From NCBI RefSeq assembly GCF_009914755.1, contig NC_060938.1: a stretch of DNA of 64,000 nucleotides; one strand, given 5' to 3'. The stretch comes from the human T2T-CHM13v2.0 reference genome, Homo sapiens. The position numbers and the translations under genes were made by a program. The notes under the pieces are model-generated. The model saw only the letters and a list, made by a program, of their open reading frames with translations, did not search any database and was not told the origin of the DNA. This document shows positions 43,108 to 59,803 of this stretch, in pieces. Each line of letters opens with the position of its first letter. Position 1 is the stretch's first letter.

Positions 43108-44832
43108 TGCTATGGTTTAAAGTTTGTTTCTCTCCAAAATACCTGTTGAAATGTAACTTTCAAGGTGATGGAATTAAGAGGTAGGGCACTTAGGAAGTTA
43201 TTACGCCATGAGGGCTCCATTCTTATAGATGGGATTAGTGCTTTCATAAAAAGAAGTTGAGGGAGTGCCATGGTGCCTTTCTGCCCTCCCATCTCTTCTG
43301 CCATGTGAGGACAGTGTTCATTCCTGTTTGCCTTTACCACATGAGGACATGGGAAAAAGGCTCCATCTTAGAAGCATACAGAAGACCTCACTAGACACTG
43401 AATCTGCTGGCACCTCACCTTGATCTTGGATTTCCCAGTCTTCAGAACTGTGAAAAAATAAATTTCTGTTGATTATAAATTACCCAGTTTATTGTTATAG
43501 TGGCAGAAATGGACTAGGAAATTGGTACTGAGAAGTAGGGTGTTGCTATAACAAATACCTGACAATGTAAAGGTGGCTTTGGGAATGGGTAATGGGTAAA
43601 GAATGGACCACACAGGGCTATTCTGGGGAGGGCTGAGAAAAAAGGAGAGCTATCAAGAAAGCCTTAATCTTCTTAGAGATTGCTTAAGTGGTTGTGATCA
43701 GAACATTGGTAGAAATATGGACAGCAAAGGCAATTCTGATGAAGTCTTTGATGGAAATAAGGAACAAAGTATTGAAAACTAGAGGAAAGACCATCCTTGT
43801 TATAAAGTGGTGAGGAACTTGGCTGAACTGTGTCTGTGTTCTGGTGCTTTGTGGAAGGCAGAACTTAAGAGTAATGAACTAGGATATTTGGTAGAGGAAA
43901 TCTCTAAGCAAAGTGGTGAGGGTGCTGCATAGCTTCTCTTGACTGCTTACAGTAAACTGTAAGGAGAGAAATGAATTAAACATGGAGTTCAGAATCAAAA
44001 GGAAAGCAGAACTTAAAGGCTTGGACAATTCTCAGCCCGGCCATGTAAAGAATAAAAAAGCATTTTTGGGAGAAAACACCAAAGTGTGTGGCCAAGTGAA
44101 TATTTGATAAGGAGATTAGCATGAATAGATGAAAGTCAGATGCTATTCATCAGGACAATGGAAGAATTGCCCCAAAGGCATTTCAGAGATCTTCATGGCT
44201 GTCCACCCATCGCAGGCCCAGAGTGCCAGGACCTCAATGGCAGAATGATTTGAAAAGAGGGGGCCAGGGCATAACTTGTTTGATTGCATAGGTCCACAGC
44301 TGCAGGGCAGTTTGCCTCAGGCTGAATTGTACCTTGAGTCTCACCCATATTTGATGTAGATGAGACTCTGGACTTTAGACTTTTGAGTTGGTGCTGGAGT
44401 GAGTTAAGACTTTTGGGGCTAATGGGGTGGAATGAATGTATTTTGCATGTAGGAAAGACAAGAGTTTTGGAGGCTGGGGATAGAATGCTACAGTTTAAAT
44501 GTGGCTGTCCTTCCAAAATTCATATATTGGAACTTATACCCCACAGTGATGGTGTTAGAATGTGGGGCCTTTGCGAGGTGATTAGGTTATGAGGGCTCCA
44601 CCCTTGCAAATAAAATTAATGCCCTATAAAAGGGATAGAGGGAAATAGGTTCTTTTTTGTCCTTCTGTCTCCCATGCTACCTATGAGGAACAGGCCCTCA
44701 CCAGACCCCTGACCTGACAGTGCCTTGATCTTGGAGTTCCCAGCCTTCAGGACTGTGAGAAATATATTTCTGTTATTTATAAATTACTGAGGCTAAGGTA
44801 TTTTATTATATCAGCAGGAATGAACTAAGACA
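43108..44832 (+). mobile_element. Two-LTR MaLR element (MSTC/MSTD-like): LTR ~43108-43517, internal ~43518-44485, LTR 44486-44832
   Basis: Both LTRs start tgcta; internal starts gaaattggtactgagaagt; purine tract precedes the 3' LTR, which ends ctaagaca. Confidence 0.88.
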
Positions 44833-45314
44833 ATGTGTCTAGGAAAGAGGAGGAGAAAGGCAAATATGAGGCACAGTTGGATTGAACTTGCCTTCATGGA
44901 TGTAGTTCCACTCCAAGCCTAGACCGCTATCAGGGCCTAACCACACAGCCTGGCCTTGCCCTGTTCTTATGTATAGTAAAGCCTTACATGAGAACTTTGG
45001 AATTTAATTCCTCAATGACCAGCTTTCTGTTCACAGAGATTGATGTTCAGTGTTTGGAGGCCCAGAGAGTCCTCCTTGAGTGAGTATGTTCAAGCTGGGT
45101 GAAATAAAGGACTTTCCTGGAAAAGAAATATAGAAAAGAGTCCCAAAGGTTTCATGCATTTCTTTTCTAAATAACAATTTAGTGTACTATGGGAATTTCT
45201 CCCGCCTTATGAGTGAACTGTGCATCCCAAATGTTTGCAGTTGTTCTTGTTTCAGTTTCCCTGAGAGTAAAGGCTGAAGCCAGCACTTGGGTGCAGGTAG
45301 TTTATTTTTGGGAA

Positions 45315-45742
45315 GAGTGGTGGATGCTGTGACATGCTCAGCTGCCAGCCCTCCTGGGATGGCATCAGTTGCAGAGAGCTGCCTGGTTCAGCGTCCGACC
45401 CAATTTCTGGGGTGGCTATATCCAGTGACTGATGGAAGCCAGGGTACAAAGCTCTGGCATCCTCCCCCCAAGTCAGGATAACTCAGAAGTGTCATCGTAG
45501 CCTCAAAACTGACCTTGGAGGGTCAGCAGAAGCCTGCATTGAGACTACATCCAGATTCAGCTGCTCTGTCTGCCCAAGCTGCCTCTTTCCCCTCCCCTCC
45601 ATGGGTGTTGATTCTAAGTGCCTCCTATAATAAACTTCTTGAGTGCTAATCTCCATTTCAAATCCTGCTTCTCAGGGAAGCTAACCTGTGACAGTAGGTA
45701 CCAGAGATGGTCAGGGAAAGCAGATGCTAGGATGAGATTTTA
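45315..45742 (+). mobile_element. LTR16-like ERVL LTR plus start of the internal region (resumes ~47517-47640)
   Basis: aataaacttcttgagtgctaatctccat...gggaagctaacctgtgaca then gtaggtaccagagatggtc. Confidence 0.7.
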
Positions 45743-46114
45743 CATATTTATTTATTTTTTCACCTGCTATTTTTTAAACCTTTATTTTAGGTTCAGGACT
45801 ACATGTGCGGGTTTGTCATATATGAAAACTGTGTCATGGGGGCCTTTTGTACAGATTACTTTGTCACCCAGGTAATAATCATAGTACCTGATAGGTAGTT
45901 TTTCAATCCTCACTCTCCACCCTCAAGTAGGCCCTAGGTCCTGGTGTCTGTTGTTCCTTTCTTTGTGTTCATGTGTACTCAATGTTTGGCTACCACCTAT
46001 AAGTGAAAACATGCGGTATTTGATTTTCTGTTCCTGTGTCAGTTCACTTATGATAATGGCCTCCAGCTCCATCCACACTGCTGCAAAGGACATAATGTCA
46101 TTCTATTTAATGGC

Positions 46115-46323
46115 TATCTTTTAAATGTCTTAGGATCCATAGTGATGTCAACTCTTTCATACTTGATATTGGTATTTTTTTTGGTCTTTTTCCCTGATGA
46201 GTCTCTCTAGAGTTTTATTACTTTTATTGATTTTTTAAAAAAAATCTATTTGTGATATTGAATTTTAAAAATTGATTTTGTTTTCAAATTCCTTCATTTC
46301 TTCCCTTAACTTTGTTGTTTCAT
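46115..46323 (+). repeat. 209-bp direct copy of 47836-48043 embedded in the L1PB
   Basis: Near-identical sequence tatcttttaaatgtcttaggatcc...ctttgttgtttcat at both positions. Confidence 0.95.
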
Positions 46324-47132
46324 GTAATATTCCATGGTGTATATATACCACATTTTCTTTATCCAGTCTACCATTGATGGGCATTTAGGTTGATTCCAGT
46401 CTTTGCGATTGTGAATGTTGCTGTAATGAACGTACATGTGCATGTGTCTTTATGGTAGAATGATATATATTCTTTGGATGTATGCCCAATAATGAGATTG
46501 CTGAGTTGAATAGTATTTCTAAGTTCTTTGAGAAATCCCCACATTGCTTTCCACAATGGCTGAACTAATTTACATTCCCACCAGCAGTGTAAGAGTGTTC
46601 CCTCTTCTCTGCAACCTCACCAGCATCTGTTATTTTTTGAATTTTTAATAATAGCCATTCTGACTGGATTGATATAGTATATCATTGTGGTTTTAATTTG
46701 CATTTCTCTAATGATTAGTGATGTTGAACATTTTCTCATCTGCTTGTTGGGTGTATGTATCTCTTTTGAAAAATGTGTATTCATGTCCCTTGTCCACTTT
46801 TTTGATGGGATTGTTTTTTACTTGTTAGTTTGTTTAAGTTCCTTATGGATTCTAGATGTTAGACCTTTGTTAGATGCATAGTTTGCAAATATTTTCTTCC
46901 ATTCTGTAGGCCGTCAGTTTACTCTGCTGATAATTTCTTTTGCAGTGCAGAAACTCTTTAGTTTAATTAGGTCTCAATGTGTCAATTTTTGTTTTTGTTG
47001 CAATTGCTTTTGGTGTCTTTGTCATGAAATCTTTGACAGGGCCTATATCCAGAATGGTATTTCCCAGATTATATTCCAGGGTTTTTTAAAATAGGTTTTA
47101 GGTTTCACAGTTAAGTCTTTAATCCATCCTGA

Positions 47133-47431
<299 letters not shown>

Positions 47432-47719
47432 TGAGTTGATTTTTATATATGATGTAAGGAAGGGGTCCAGTTTCAATCTTCTGCATATAACTAGCCAGTT
47501 ATAGGATGGAATTTTAGAGCTGTCTAGATGACCACTGCGTGGGTGGCAGTGAGGATGGGGTTACTGGTGGTAGGTGGAGCACAGTGGTACAAACTTTAAT
47601 TTGTGGTGACTTGGTATGGTATACCAGTGGACAAGAATTAATTGGTATTTTCTATGTGGAAAGTCTTTACTTCAATTTTTTAAATTGAATAATTTAGTTT
47701 TATTAACAAGAATAGAATG

Positions 47720-49735
47720 AAAACAGTTCAATTTCTTTAATAGGTGTAGGGATATTGGTACTTTGTGTCTTTTAAGAAATTTTTTCTTTTCATCTAAGTT
47801 CATAAATTTATGGCATAATGTTCATATTTCCTTAATATCTTTTAAATGTCTTAGGATCCATAGTGATGTCAACTCTTTCATACTTGATATATATTTTTTT
47901 AATCTTTTTCCCTGATGAGTCTCTCTAGAGTTTTATTACTTTCATTGATTTTTTTCAAAAAAAATCTATTTGTTATATTGAATTTTAAAAATTGATTTTG
48001 TTTTCAAATTCCTTCATTTCTTCCCTTAACTTTGTTGTTTCATTTATTCGGATTATTTTAGGTTTAATTTTTTTTTCTTGTTTCTTAAGATGAGTAGCCT
48101 AGATCATTAAATAAAGCTTTTCTTCTTTTATGCTGTAAGCATTTAATGTTGTAAGTTTTCCTCTAAGAACTCCTTTAGCTATAATGTATTTTCATTTTTA
48201 TTCAATTCAAAATATTGTCTAATTCACTTTTGATTTTTTATTTGCTTGTGTATTATTTAGAAGTATATTGTTTAATTAATTTCTAGATGTTGAGGGATCT
48301 TCCAGATATTTTACCATTTTTGATTTTGGTTTAATTCCATCGTGATCAGAGAACATTTTGTATGACTTCAATCTTCTTAAACTTATTGAGACTTGTTCCA
48401 TGGCCTAGAATACAGTCTGTTTGGTGAATGCACCATATATAATTACAAAGAGTGTGTATTCTTCTATTGCTGGGTGGCTTGTTCAATAAATATCAATTAG
48501 GTCAAGTAAGTTAATAGCATTGTTAAATTATTCTGTATCCTTACATCTTTAAGCAATCTTACTTTACTTTCAAGCAACATTATACCTCTTGACATATAGC
48601 ATAAAAAATGTATAATAGCACTGTATTGGGCTGAATGGTGGCCCTCCTAAAATATGTCCACGTCCTAATCCCTGTACCTGTGATTGTTTAGAGTGAAAAA
48701 GAATGAATGATTACCTTTTGTGGCAAAAGTTATGATTAAGGTAAGGACTGTGAGGGGAGGAGCTTATCCTGGATTATCTGGGTAGGCTTTAAATAGTCAC
48801 ATACATCTTTATAAGAGTGAGGTAGAACGAGTTTTGGGACGGGCACACAGGGAAGACATACAGAGGAAGAGGTCATGTGAAGATGGAGGTAGGGAGATTG
48901 GGGTGATGCTGCTAGGAGCCAAGGAATGTCAAGGACTTCCAGCACCCACCAGAAGCCAGGAGAGAGAATCACGGAATGCATCTCCCTCAGAGCCTCGGGA
49001 GGCAGGGTGGCAGCATGGACACCTTTCTCTCAGACCTCTGGCCTCTGGAAGTGTGAGAGAATACCTTTCCGTTGTCTTAAGCCTCTCAGAATTTTACATA
49101 ATTGGTTTCTGGATTTTGTTTTGCTCCTTTAAATAATATTTAATTTTGTGTTGGCACTGATAAGTTCCTTGGATTCAGTTGGATACTTTTGATGCCTTTG
49201 AAAGCTGCATTAGGGTAGATGTAGAGCAGCCTTTAGGGCTAATTTATTCCTGCTATTAAAGCAATCCCCCAATGCTCCAGGTCTCACTACAATTTTCTTC
49301 TCTGGCTAGTTGGAACATGAGCTATTTCAAGACCTTTGGATATTTTGACTGCTCTTTTCCAGTGGGTCTTTCTCCAATCTCAGATAATTTCCTCTTCCAG
49401 ATGTGCAGATCAGTACTCAGGAACCTACTCATGGTGGCCTTTTTGCAGTACTTCTTTTCTGGTACTGTACCTCACCATGGCATCCTGAACTTGGATTTCC
49501 ATCTCCTCCACTCAGAGAGACAGCCAGGCTCTGTGAATGTACCCTCTTTTCTTGTGGTCAGAAACTGCCTTTATGCAGTAAGCTGGTGGAGTGCTAGGGC
49601 TCACCACGTTTCTTTTCTTTTCTCAGCAACTGCAGTCTGATCTCTGAACACTGATGTTCACATGTTCTGTCTGGTTTTTTAAGTTGTTTAGGGTGGGAGG
49701 GTAAATCTAGGCCCTGTTTTTCCATCTTTTCCATA
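47720..49735 (-). mobile_element. Ancient L1M fragments (ORF2 5' region and 5' end), interrupted by MLT1
   Basis: T-rich antisense L1 motifs (tgagacttgttccatggcct...ggtgaatg; 5'-end homologue of ~14880-15520). Confidence 0.75.
48622..49084 (+). mobile_element. MLT1C/D LTR, 3'-truncated
   Basis: tgtattgggctgaatggtggccc...ttatcctggattatctgggt...gccaaggaatg...ctctggcctctggaagtgtgagagaata. Confidence 0.88.
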
Positions 49736-50799
49736 AGGACCAGCAGGGTTTCTAAGAACTTCTAATGTAATAATGACTCATCATGATGGAGATGCAGAAT
49801 GCAGTGTTTCCCACACTTATTTGATAAAGGAGGGAAACCACCTCCCAGGACTATGCTTTAAGAAATTCACTTCTGGAAGACCAAGCTACACTGGATACAG
49901 GAATGACACCTTTCCCAGCCTCTTGGGGAAGTCCAAGCTGCTTCAGAGGCTTCTGAACTAAAGTCAGTGCTCTCTGGGAAAGCTCAGACTTAGAAGGAAA
50001 AAGATAAAGGATGTCCTCAAGCCAGAAGAGTCAAACCCAGCTCCTCAGGCCCACCCTTCCAGCATCTTCCTGACCCTGCATCTTTAACAGGACTCTCTTA
50101 CCCTCCCAGTGAGAAAGAACCTCTGGAGTTCCAGGCCTGGGCGAGGCAACAGTCATGCAGCCTCTGTCCCTGCTCCCTGCCTCTGCTCCGGCCACCTCCT
50201 TCCCTCCTGTGCCTACCTGGCTCCTGGCCATTGGGTTTCATTTCCTCTTATATGTCCCACACTCACCTCTGTGGCTTTTTCAGTTTTAGATACACTCTTG
50301 CTCCTGCTGCTGCTGGGCATCCTTTGTAGCTACTACTCAGACCAAATAAGCCCCAACCCCTGAAATAAAACTGAGATGTCAGCACATTCAGCTGCCCACA
50401 GTGGAGGTGGGGTGGGGGGTACTGGACATACCAATGGGGATACTCACTCCAACCACAGGGACACCAGCCAGTCCCCACTGATGTCCATTATGAAAAAAGA
50501 GGTGCGCTTCCACAGGGCAGAAAAATCATCCATTTTGATTGAACAATTCCAGCATGTCTTGGTCAAATTAATGGCTAAGCTGCAGAACTCTGACTACTTT
50601 ATTGTCTGAGGAATCACTCACCACAGCCACCAACCATTTTATTTTGCTTTTCACTTACAATCCTTTGTGTTTGTTGATAGAGTTGCGTATAAAGTTTTAA
50701 AAAAAGTGAAGAAAGCCATCCACTTCTACCTAGCTCTTTCTCAGTTTACTTTGCCAAAGGAAACCAGGAGCCCCTCTCTGATAAAGATCTTTAAAGGGG

Positions 50800-51096
50800 A
50801 CATTGATTCTGCATAGAAAACCTTGGGCCAGATGTGTTTAGGGATTCAGAATTTTTTAGATTTTAAAAAGGTAATACAGTCTACATACCATATATCCTCT
50901 AATACCCCAGCAGGTTCTGGGTCAAAAAAGTGGGTCAATAGTTCATCAGTGAAATGTACAAATATTCACATAAAGTTGGATAAGTGAAGAAAATAAGTAG
51001 CCTCATATCAGGTCAGGGCAGGTTTGTTACTAATTGAGTTTGTCCCAAGCTGATAAAACACTTTAATTATTTTTCAGAATTTTTGGTTTTGGAATT
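50800..51096. mobile_element. MER46C-like (Tigger)
   Basis: ccttgggccagatgtgttt...ttcagaattttttagatttt...aaggtaatac. Confidence 0.7.
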
Positions 51097-51826
51097 GTAT
51101 TACTCTTGCTCCAGCTGCTATAACAGAATACCACAGAACTGTGTGGCTTAAACAACAGAAATTTATTTCTCATAGTTCTGGAGGTGTAGGAAGTCCAAGA
51201 TCAAGGTGCCGGCAAGGAAGGTTTCACTCTGGGGCCTTTTCTCTTGCCTTGGAGATGACCATAATCAATCTGTGAGCTCAAAGGAACTCTTCTTTATGTG
51301 CCCGATGGGGTTGGGGTAAGAATACTCTCTGGGTCTCTTCTTTTTTAATTTTTGAGACAGGGTCTCACTCTGTCACCTAGGCTGGAGTGCAGTGGCATGA
51401 TCACGACTCACTGCAGCCTCGACCTCCACAGGCTCAGGTGATTCTCCTGCCTCAGCTTCCTGAGTAGCTGGGTCTATGGGTGTGCACCACCATGCCTGGC
51501 TAATTTTTGTATTTTTTGCAGAGAAGGGTTTTGCCATTTTGTCCAGGCTGGTCTCAAGCTCCTGGGCTCAAGTGATCCACCTGCCTCAGCCTCCTAAAAC
51601 GCTGGGATTATAGGCATGAGCCACCATGCCCAGTCTCTCTGCATCTCTTATAAGGACACTAATTCTATTATATCAGAGCCTCCTCCTTATGACCTCATTT
51701 AACTTAATTACTTCTTTAGGTCCCATCTCCAAATACAGCTACACTGGAGCATTAGAGTTTCAGTGTATAAATTTTTTGGGGGGATGGGGGCTAGAAGGGA
51801 CAGACACAAACATTCAGTCTCTTACA
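51097..51826 (-). mobile_element. MLT1A/B LTR with an AluJ inside
   Basis: gctgctataacagaataccac...gtccaagatcaaggtgcc...cttataaggacactaat...acattcagtctcttaca. Confidence 0.88.
51340..51633 (-). mobile_element. AluJ
   Basis: cactgcagcctcgacctcc; ctcctgggctcaagtgatcc. Confidence 0.92.
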
Positions 51827-51859
51827 GGAATTGTGAGTAAGAGCTTGCGGGTCAGTCTT

Positions 51860-52260
51860 CATATCATGCTCACTACCAGTCCAGCCATCCTGGTCTTTTT
51901 GTTTCTTGAATCCCCCTACCTGTTCTAGTTGGAGAGTCTCATTGCATGGGCCTGTTCCTGGTCCTAGCACACCCTGTCCTGGCACCCTGCTCACCTCCAC
52001 ACACACCTGCTTCTTTAATGGCTGGCTCATTTTTGCCTCCACCCTCAGCTTACCTGCCCATAGAGGCTTTTCTGACCACCCTGTCTAAAGATGGCCTCTG
52101 CTAGTCACTTTATTTGTAGTGCTTCTCTTCTGAAATGATCTTCTGAACTTCTTTACTTGTCCTTCAGCTAGAATGAAATTTTCAGGAGGGCTGGGATCTT
52201 ATCCTCCCCCTCATTGCATGCCCACAGCCTAGACCTGTATCATGGTGTGCGTCAGGCATG
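51860..52260 (+). mobile_element. L2 fragment
   Basis: tccagccatcctggtc...agaggcttttctgaccaccct...ctagaatgaaattttcaggaggg. Confidence 0.65.
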
Positions 52261-52894
52261 ATAATAGCTAATGGCTGTCAGGTCTGATGGAGCACTCTCA
52301 TGGGACACTCACTGGGTCTTGGAGCTTTGTGTAATAACAAGTTTTAGGTTTTATTGGATAAATTAAATAGGGGGGCTCTCCCCCTCTCCCCTAGACAATT
52401 CTGGCCAGGTCTAGCCCTACCTCGACTGGAAAACCTTCTGTAAGTATTCTGGCCGACGAGTCCTCTGTCTCTACCACATCATTCACCCTGTGAGAGACCC
52501 ACATTTCACATGCAGCTCGTAACTCACCTGCTATTGATTCCTTTGTTATCAATGGTTGAAATTAATTGGACTTTTTTTTTTTTTTTTTTGTAAATACTAA
52601 CTTTACAGCCTGTTTTGTAAAGTTTATTACAGTAGCTTTGCTGGAAAATTTCTGAACTGTGCTGCAACGTTGCTGAAAAGGCCCTCACTGAGCTCATCCT
52701 AAATATGGACTCATTGGCACTAACTTTCATCCATTCAGCTCCACCACCAGGTATTCCCAAAGCATGAGATATGTGCCAGGCCAAGTGCTGGGGACAGTGT
52801 TTAACAGGGCAGGCAGTGCCCTGGACCCCATGCACACACATTCCAGAGGACTCTTATGGTTCTTCTGCATATGTCAGGGTGCTGACACCTGCTG

Positions 52895-53600
<706 letters not shown>

Positions 53601-54727
53601 TAGTAGGTGCCTGTTTAACATTGGAAGAATAGAAAATCTAACCATAGCTTTTATTTAAACGAATATGTTTTCCCCTCAATGCAACTCAATCCCAGGCCTG
53701 CAGCAAATGGTTCCCCTGCCCAGAGTGAGACAGACATGCCAAGGGCCCTTTAAAGCCAACCTGGCCTGTGGCCCAGTGTGCTTGGTGTCTGCAAGGAGCC
53801 CAGGGCTAGCGCTGGAGCTGACACTGAACACCACAGGCTCGTAGGGAAATACCACTGAGTAATAGATTTTTATCCATGCTCTCCACTGAATCCTTTCCAG
53901 ATTGTAGTGGGGCGGCTGTTGGTACAAGTCAAACGTGGATTCAGCTGGCAGTGGGAAGGGATTCAGAGATGGAGAGGAAGAGGCCACAGGCAGGGATGGG
54001 GAGGAGAGGGGGCGGGGGAAAAACCTTTAGGGAAAGAGAGATGGGGGAAGGCCCATTGAAGGGTTAAATCTTCCTGCCAGCATCTCTGCCCCTTCTCTGC
54101 TGAGAGGCTGTATTTATAGATGGGATAATTGAGGAGGCTTTGAAAGCAGTTCTGAAGTGTGGGGCTGTTGTGTGGGGGTGGGGAGCCTGGGTTCCACCTG
54201 CTCCTGGGAGCTGGCCTCCCCGACCCCCTTTGCTTCTCAGGCCTCCTAACAAGATCCAGCGTGGTGATGTGATGGCACCACTAACAGCATCCTGCCCAGG
54301 TGCGGGACACTGTGCTTGTGAAGTGCTTCACTTTTAATCCCCAAACAGCCCGGGAAGTGAGTACAACCACTTTCCCCAGCTTTTTCCTGACCACCTTAGC
54401 TAAAGTGGCCCCTGCAACCTAGACCCCATCACTGACTCTCTGGGACCTCACCTGGTTTATTTCTTGCTAGCAAGATCACAACCGGTAAATTATCTTGTTT
54501 ATTTTTTCACTTGTTTAATGTCTGCTTTGTCTATCTTGTTTGCTAAATGCTTGGCCTAGAATGAGCATTCAATAGATATTGATTGAATAAATGAATGCTT
54601 ATTTAATAGACTGGGAAACAGGCTCAAAGGGGTGAAGTAATTCTCACAGTCACAGGGTCAGTGGTAGAGCCGCAGTGAGCAACCAGGTGCAATTATCTTC
54701 AGAGCTTAAGGTCTTAGCGCTGAACCA

Positions 54728-55095
54728 GAAGGCCCAAACTCAGATACACGGAGGGGCCAGGCCACTCGGATGAATGATTGAAGAGGGCTGTGTGTGTGTA
54801 TATGCGTGTGTGTGTTTGTTTGCACAGAGGAAGCCTGTGTGTGTAGGGCTCAGAGAGCAGACACCGTCTCTGGTGGTGGACTGGAGCTTCCTCTCAGCCC
54901 TGGTTGAAGGGGCAGATACTGTTCAGCTGTGGCTAATTGTTGCTGGATCTTCTGATTTTTCAGGACAAGCCAGAAATCTGGATTTTTATGTGAAATTTCC
55001 TGGTTTTTAAATGCTGGCAACAAATCTATATTTTTAATGAACATACCACACAAAGCACAGGCCAAACACAACACAGCTGTGGGCTGCGTGGGGCC
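54728..55095 (+). mobile_element. MER102-like (hAT-Charlie)
   Basis: caaactcagatac...ggggccagg...aagccagaaatctggatttttatgtgaaatt...ttgcaacctctg. Confidence 0.75.
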
Positions 55096-55282
55096 TACAG
55101 ATTGCAACCTCTGCCCTCAGTGCACTCACTTTGTCTTGAAGACCAATGTGGATAACACTTATCCTTTCCAGGGACACGGCACTTTGGGGATTTCAAAGCC
55201 CTTCCTTGACTAGTATTTCTTTTAATATTCACAATGTTCCAGGAGGGATGTCGGTTAGACTACTACACTCATTTAGTTTAAA

Positions 55283-55718
<436 letters not shown>

Positions 55719-56258
55719 TATGCCTATTTGAGATTAGCAACAGAGACCCTAGTGGGTTCCTGTGAAGCCATGGGAAGTGGCAAAGAGCCCTTGCTCTCAG
55801 GCCTTTCCCTTCTGGCCACTGTTGTGGTCCTGCCCGGGGCCCCCTCTCTCCAGGCCTTCCATTCTTCCCCCTCTACTTGGAATATATATGGGGATGAAGA
55901 AATCCAACTTGGTGCCACCCACAGGTTTGGGGTGCCCCCAACAGAATTTATTGCCAGCTCCATGGAGCGCCTATGCTGGTTCTTGTTTGGAGATACAGTT
56001 ATCAAAATATTGTCACACTGAGTAATGATATAGCTCTGCCAACACATTTTAATTCTGGTTAGGCTTTAGCAGTCATTTATCAGCCCAAAAAGGGAAGGGG
56101 AATGCTTGGCTAGTCTGCAAGCTCCTCTATAGCACAGTGCCTCCCCTATTCCAGCCTGGGCCACCCCAAGGTGGACAGGTGACAGGTAATTGCTGAGTGA
56201 GTAAATGAATGAATGAATGAATGAATTCCCATTTTCCCATGGGGTGAGGGGAAAAGGG

Positions 56259-56905
<647 letters not shown>

Positions 56906-57859
56906 GTCTTACCCATCAGAAAAAAGCAGCGAGGACGTGGCTGGAGGGGAGACAAGAGAAGTGAGAAAAAGCTGCCAACAGAGTTGAGAAAGGAAGGGTG
57001 TATGTGGGGACCAGGCTGAGAAAGGGCAGCACAGGGGGGCCTCTGGGAGAAGAAGGGCAAATGGGAGCCCAGAGTCGGAACTCGGTTCAGGGTACCCACC
57101 TCCCCCAGGGCTGTTTCCCTGTGAACATGGTGGAAGATGACAGATTCAGGATTAATGGAAAGGTTTCAGCTCTCTGAGTACCAGGTGGAAGTTTGCCTGA
57201 AGCATGGCCAGAGCATGATTGGTAAGCAGGCCCTGACCTCGGCCACCAGCCAGACCCCATTCCTTTCACACTTCTCCACAGAGTCTGGCTGGACCAGAGT
57301 CTCTGCTGAGACAGGTTAAAAGGGCTTAAAAACAGGCAAGAAACAAGAGGATGAATCGATTTTTTCTCAGTGAACTTAATGCTCTCTGAAGGAAGTGTGT
57401 AGTTATATGAATTTAGGTATGGGGGAGAAACCTAGAGCTGTCTGTTTCTCTGTCCCTCCCACCATTTATTACATGGGGACATTTGCTAATACGTGTCTCC
57501 ACAGCTCATATTTTTGGATGAATAAGGTGAGTAGGTGCAGGTGAGCATCTGCATGGCCCATAGTGAGCAAAACCTTTGAGATCATTGCACAATCTACAAA
57601 TATAAAATGGTGGTAGGAGCCATAGTCTCTGTGGTCCCACAGGCCAGGCTTGAGGGCCAGAGCTGCTGGTGGGTCCATTGGAGGTCACATCAAAGCCCAG
57701 CCCTCACCTTCAGGGAGGCTGAGCTGGTTTGGTTGTGTTAGGAGATTGGTTGAAGGGAGCTGTGGCCAGGGTCCTCTTGTTGAGCAAGCCAGGTCAAGTA
57801 AATCTGAGGAGTTGCTTAAAATGGGATCAGGGTAAGGTAATTCTATGATGACCAAATTT

Positions 57860-58240
57860 TGACCAAAGAGCTGCAAGAACAAGACTGTTGGGGGCTTCTG
57901 GGAAAGATGTTTCCTTCCTAATAAGTGAAAAGCAGGAAAGGAAAATGCCATTTTTGCTACTCTTTTTTTTTTTTTTTTTTTGCAGTATGGTTTTGGATAC
58001 TGTTATGTGATAATGTGATGCTTGGAATATGGCAGCCATGTTGTGACTAAGAGGGGGAGTGTAGTATAGTGAGGATGGCAGAGGATTGATGGAGTTGTGT
58101 CCCAAGGACATAGATAAGCTGCTATGCTTACCCTGGGACTGCCCACCTCTACCTTGTGTCCAGTAAGTAATAACTGTCTACAATTTAAGCCACCGTTAGT
58201 GATATTTCTATTCCTTGCAGCTGAGGTAATTTTAACTGAT
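57860..58240 (+). mobile_element. MLT1 (I/J-like) LTR remnant
   Basis: gggcttctgggaaag...tgtgatgcttgga...gcagccatgttgtgac...tttaagccac...ttgcagctga. Confidence 0.65.
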
Positions 58241-58949
58241 GTAAAAGCATAAACTCCTGAGATGTATTCCTGGGTTTTAGGAAGTCCAGACTTTTTGAGC
58301 TGGTTCCTAGGACCACTGTGGGTGCTTTAGACCAATGGGTTGGCTTACATCTTTTTGTGTGTGAAGGAAGCAGAGAATAAAAGGGTTCTGGTTAGTGTGG
58401 GAACCATATGGTTTTGCTTCAGGTTGTGTATTCCTTGGTGTGTTTTGTTCTCTTTGATTTCCTTGCTTTTCCTTTGGGAAACTCCTTTGAAAATGAAACA
58501 AAAACTCACCCTATCAATTTGATCAAGAAATTTTCTGGTCTAATTCCTTGGAAAAGCCACATATGAGGAGCTGAATCCCTAAGACCCATGGTGGGAAGGG
58601 AATGGGGGAGAGGACCTCAAAATCAATAACGCTAATTGTGTACCTATAAATGTCCAACATTAAAAAGTTTATTTCTGGACTGTCAGTTTTATTCCATTAA
58701 TCTATACATTTATTCTTATGCCAGTGCTACATTGTTTTGATTACTGTAGCTTTGATGTAACTTTTGAAATTGGGAAATATAAGTCCTTCAAATTTGTTCT
58801 TTTTCCAAGATGGTTTTAGCTATTCTAGATCCCTTGAATTTTCATTTAAATTTTAGAATTAGCTTGTCAATTTCTGCAAAAAAGATGGCTGGGATTTTGA
58901 TAGAAATTATATTGAATCTGCAGATCAACTTGGAGAGTACTGCCATCTT

Positions 58950-59463
<514 letters not shown>

Positions 59464-59486
59464 TAACCACGTTTTAATTCTTCTGA

Positions 59487-59803
<317 letters not shown>

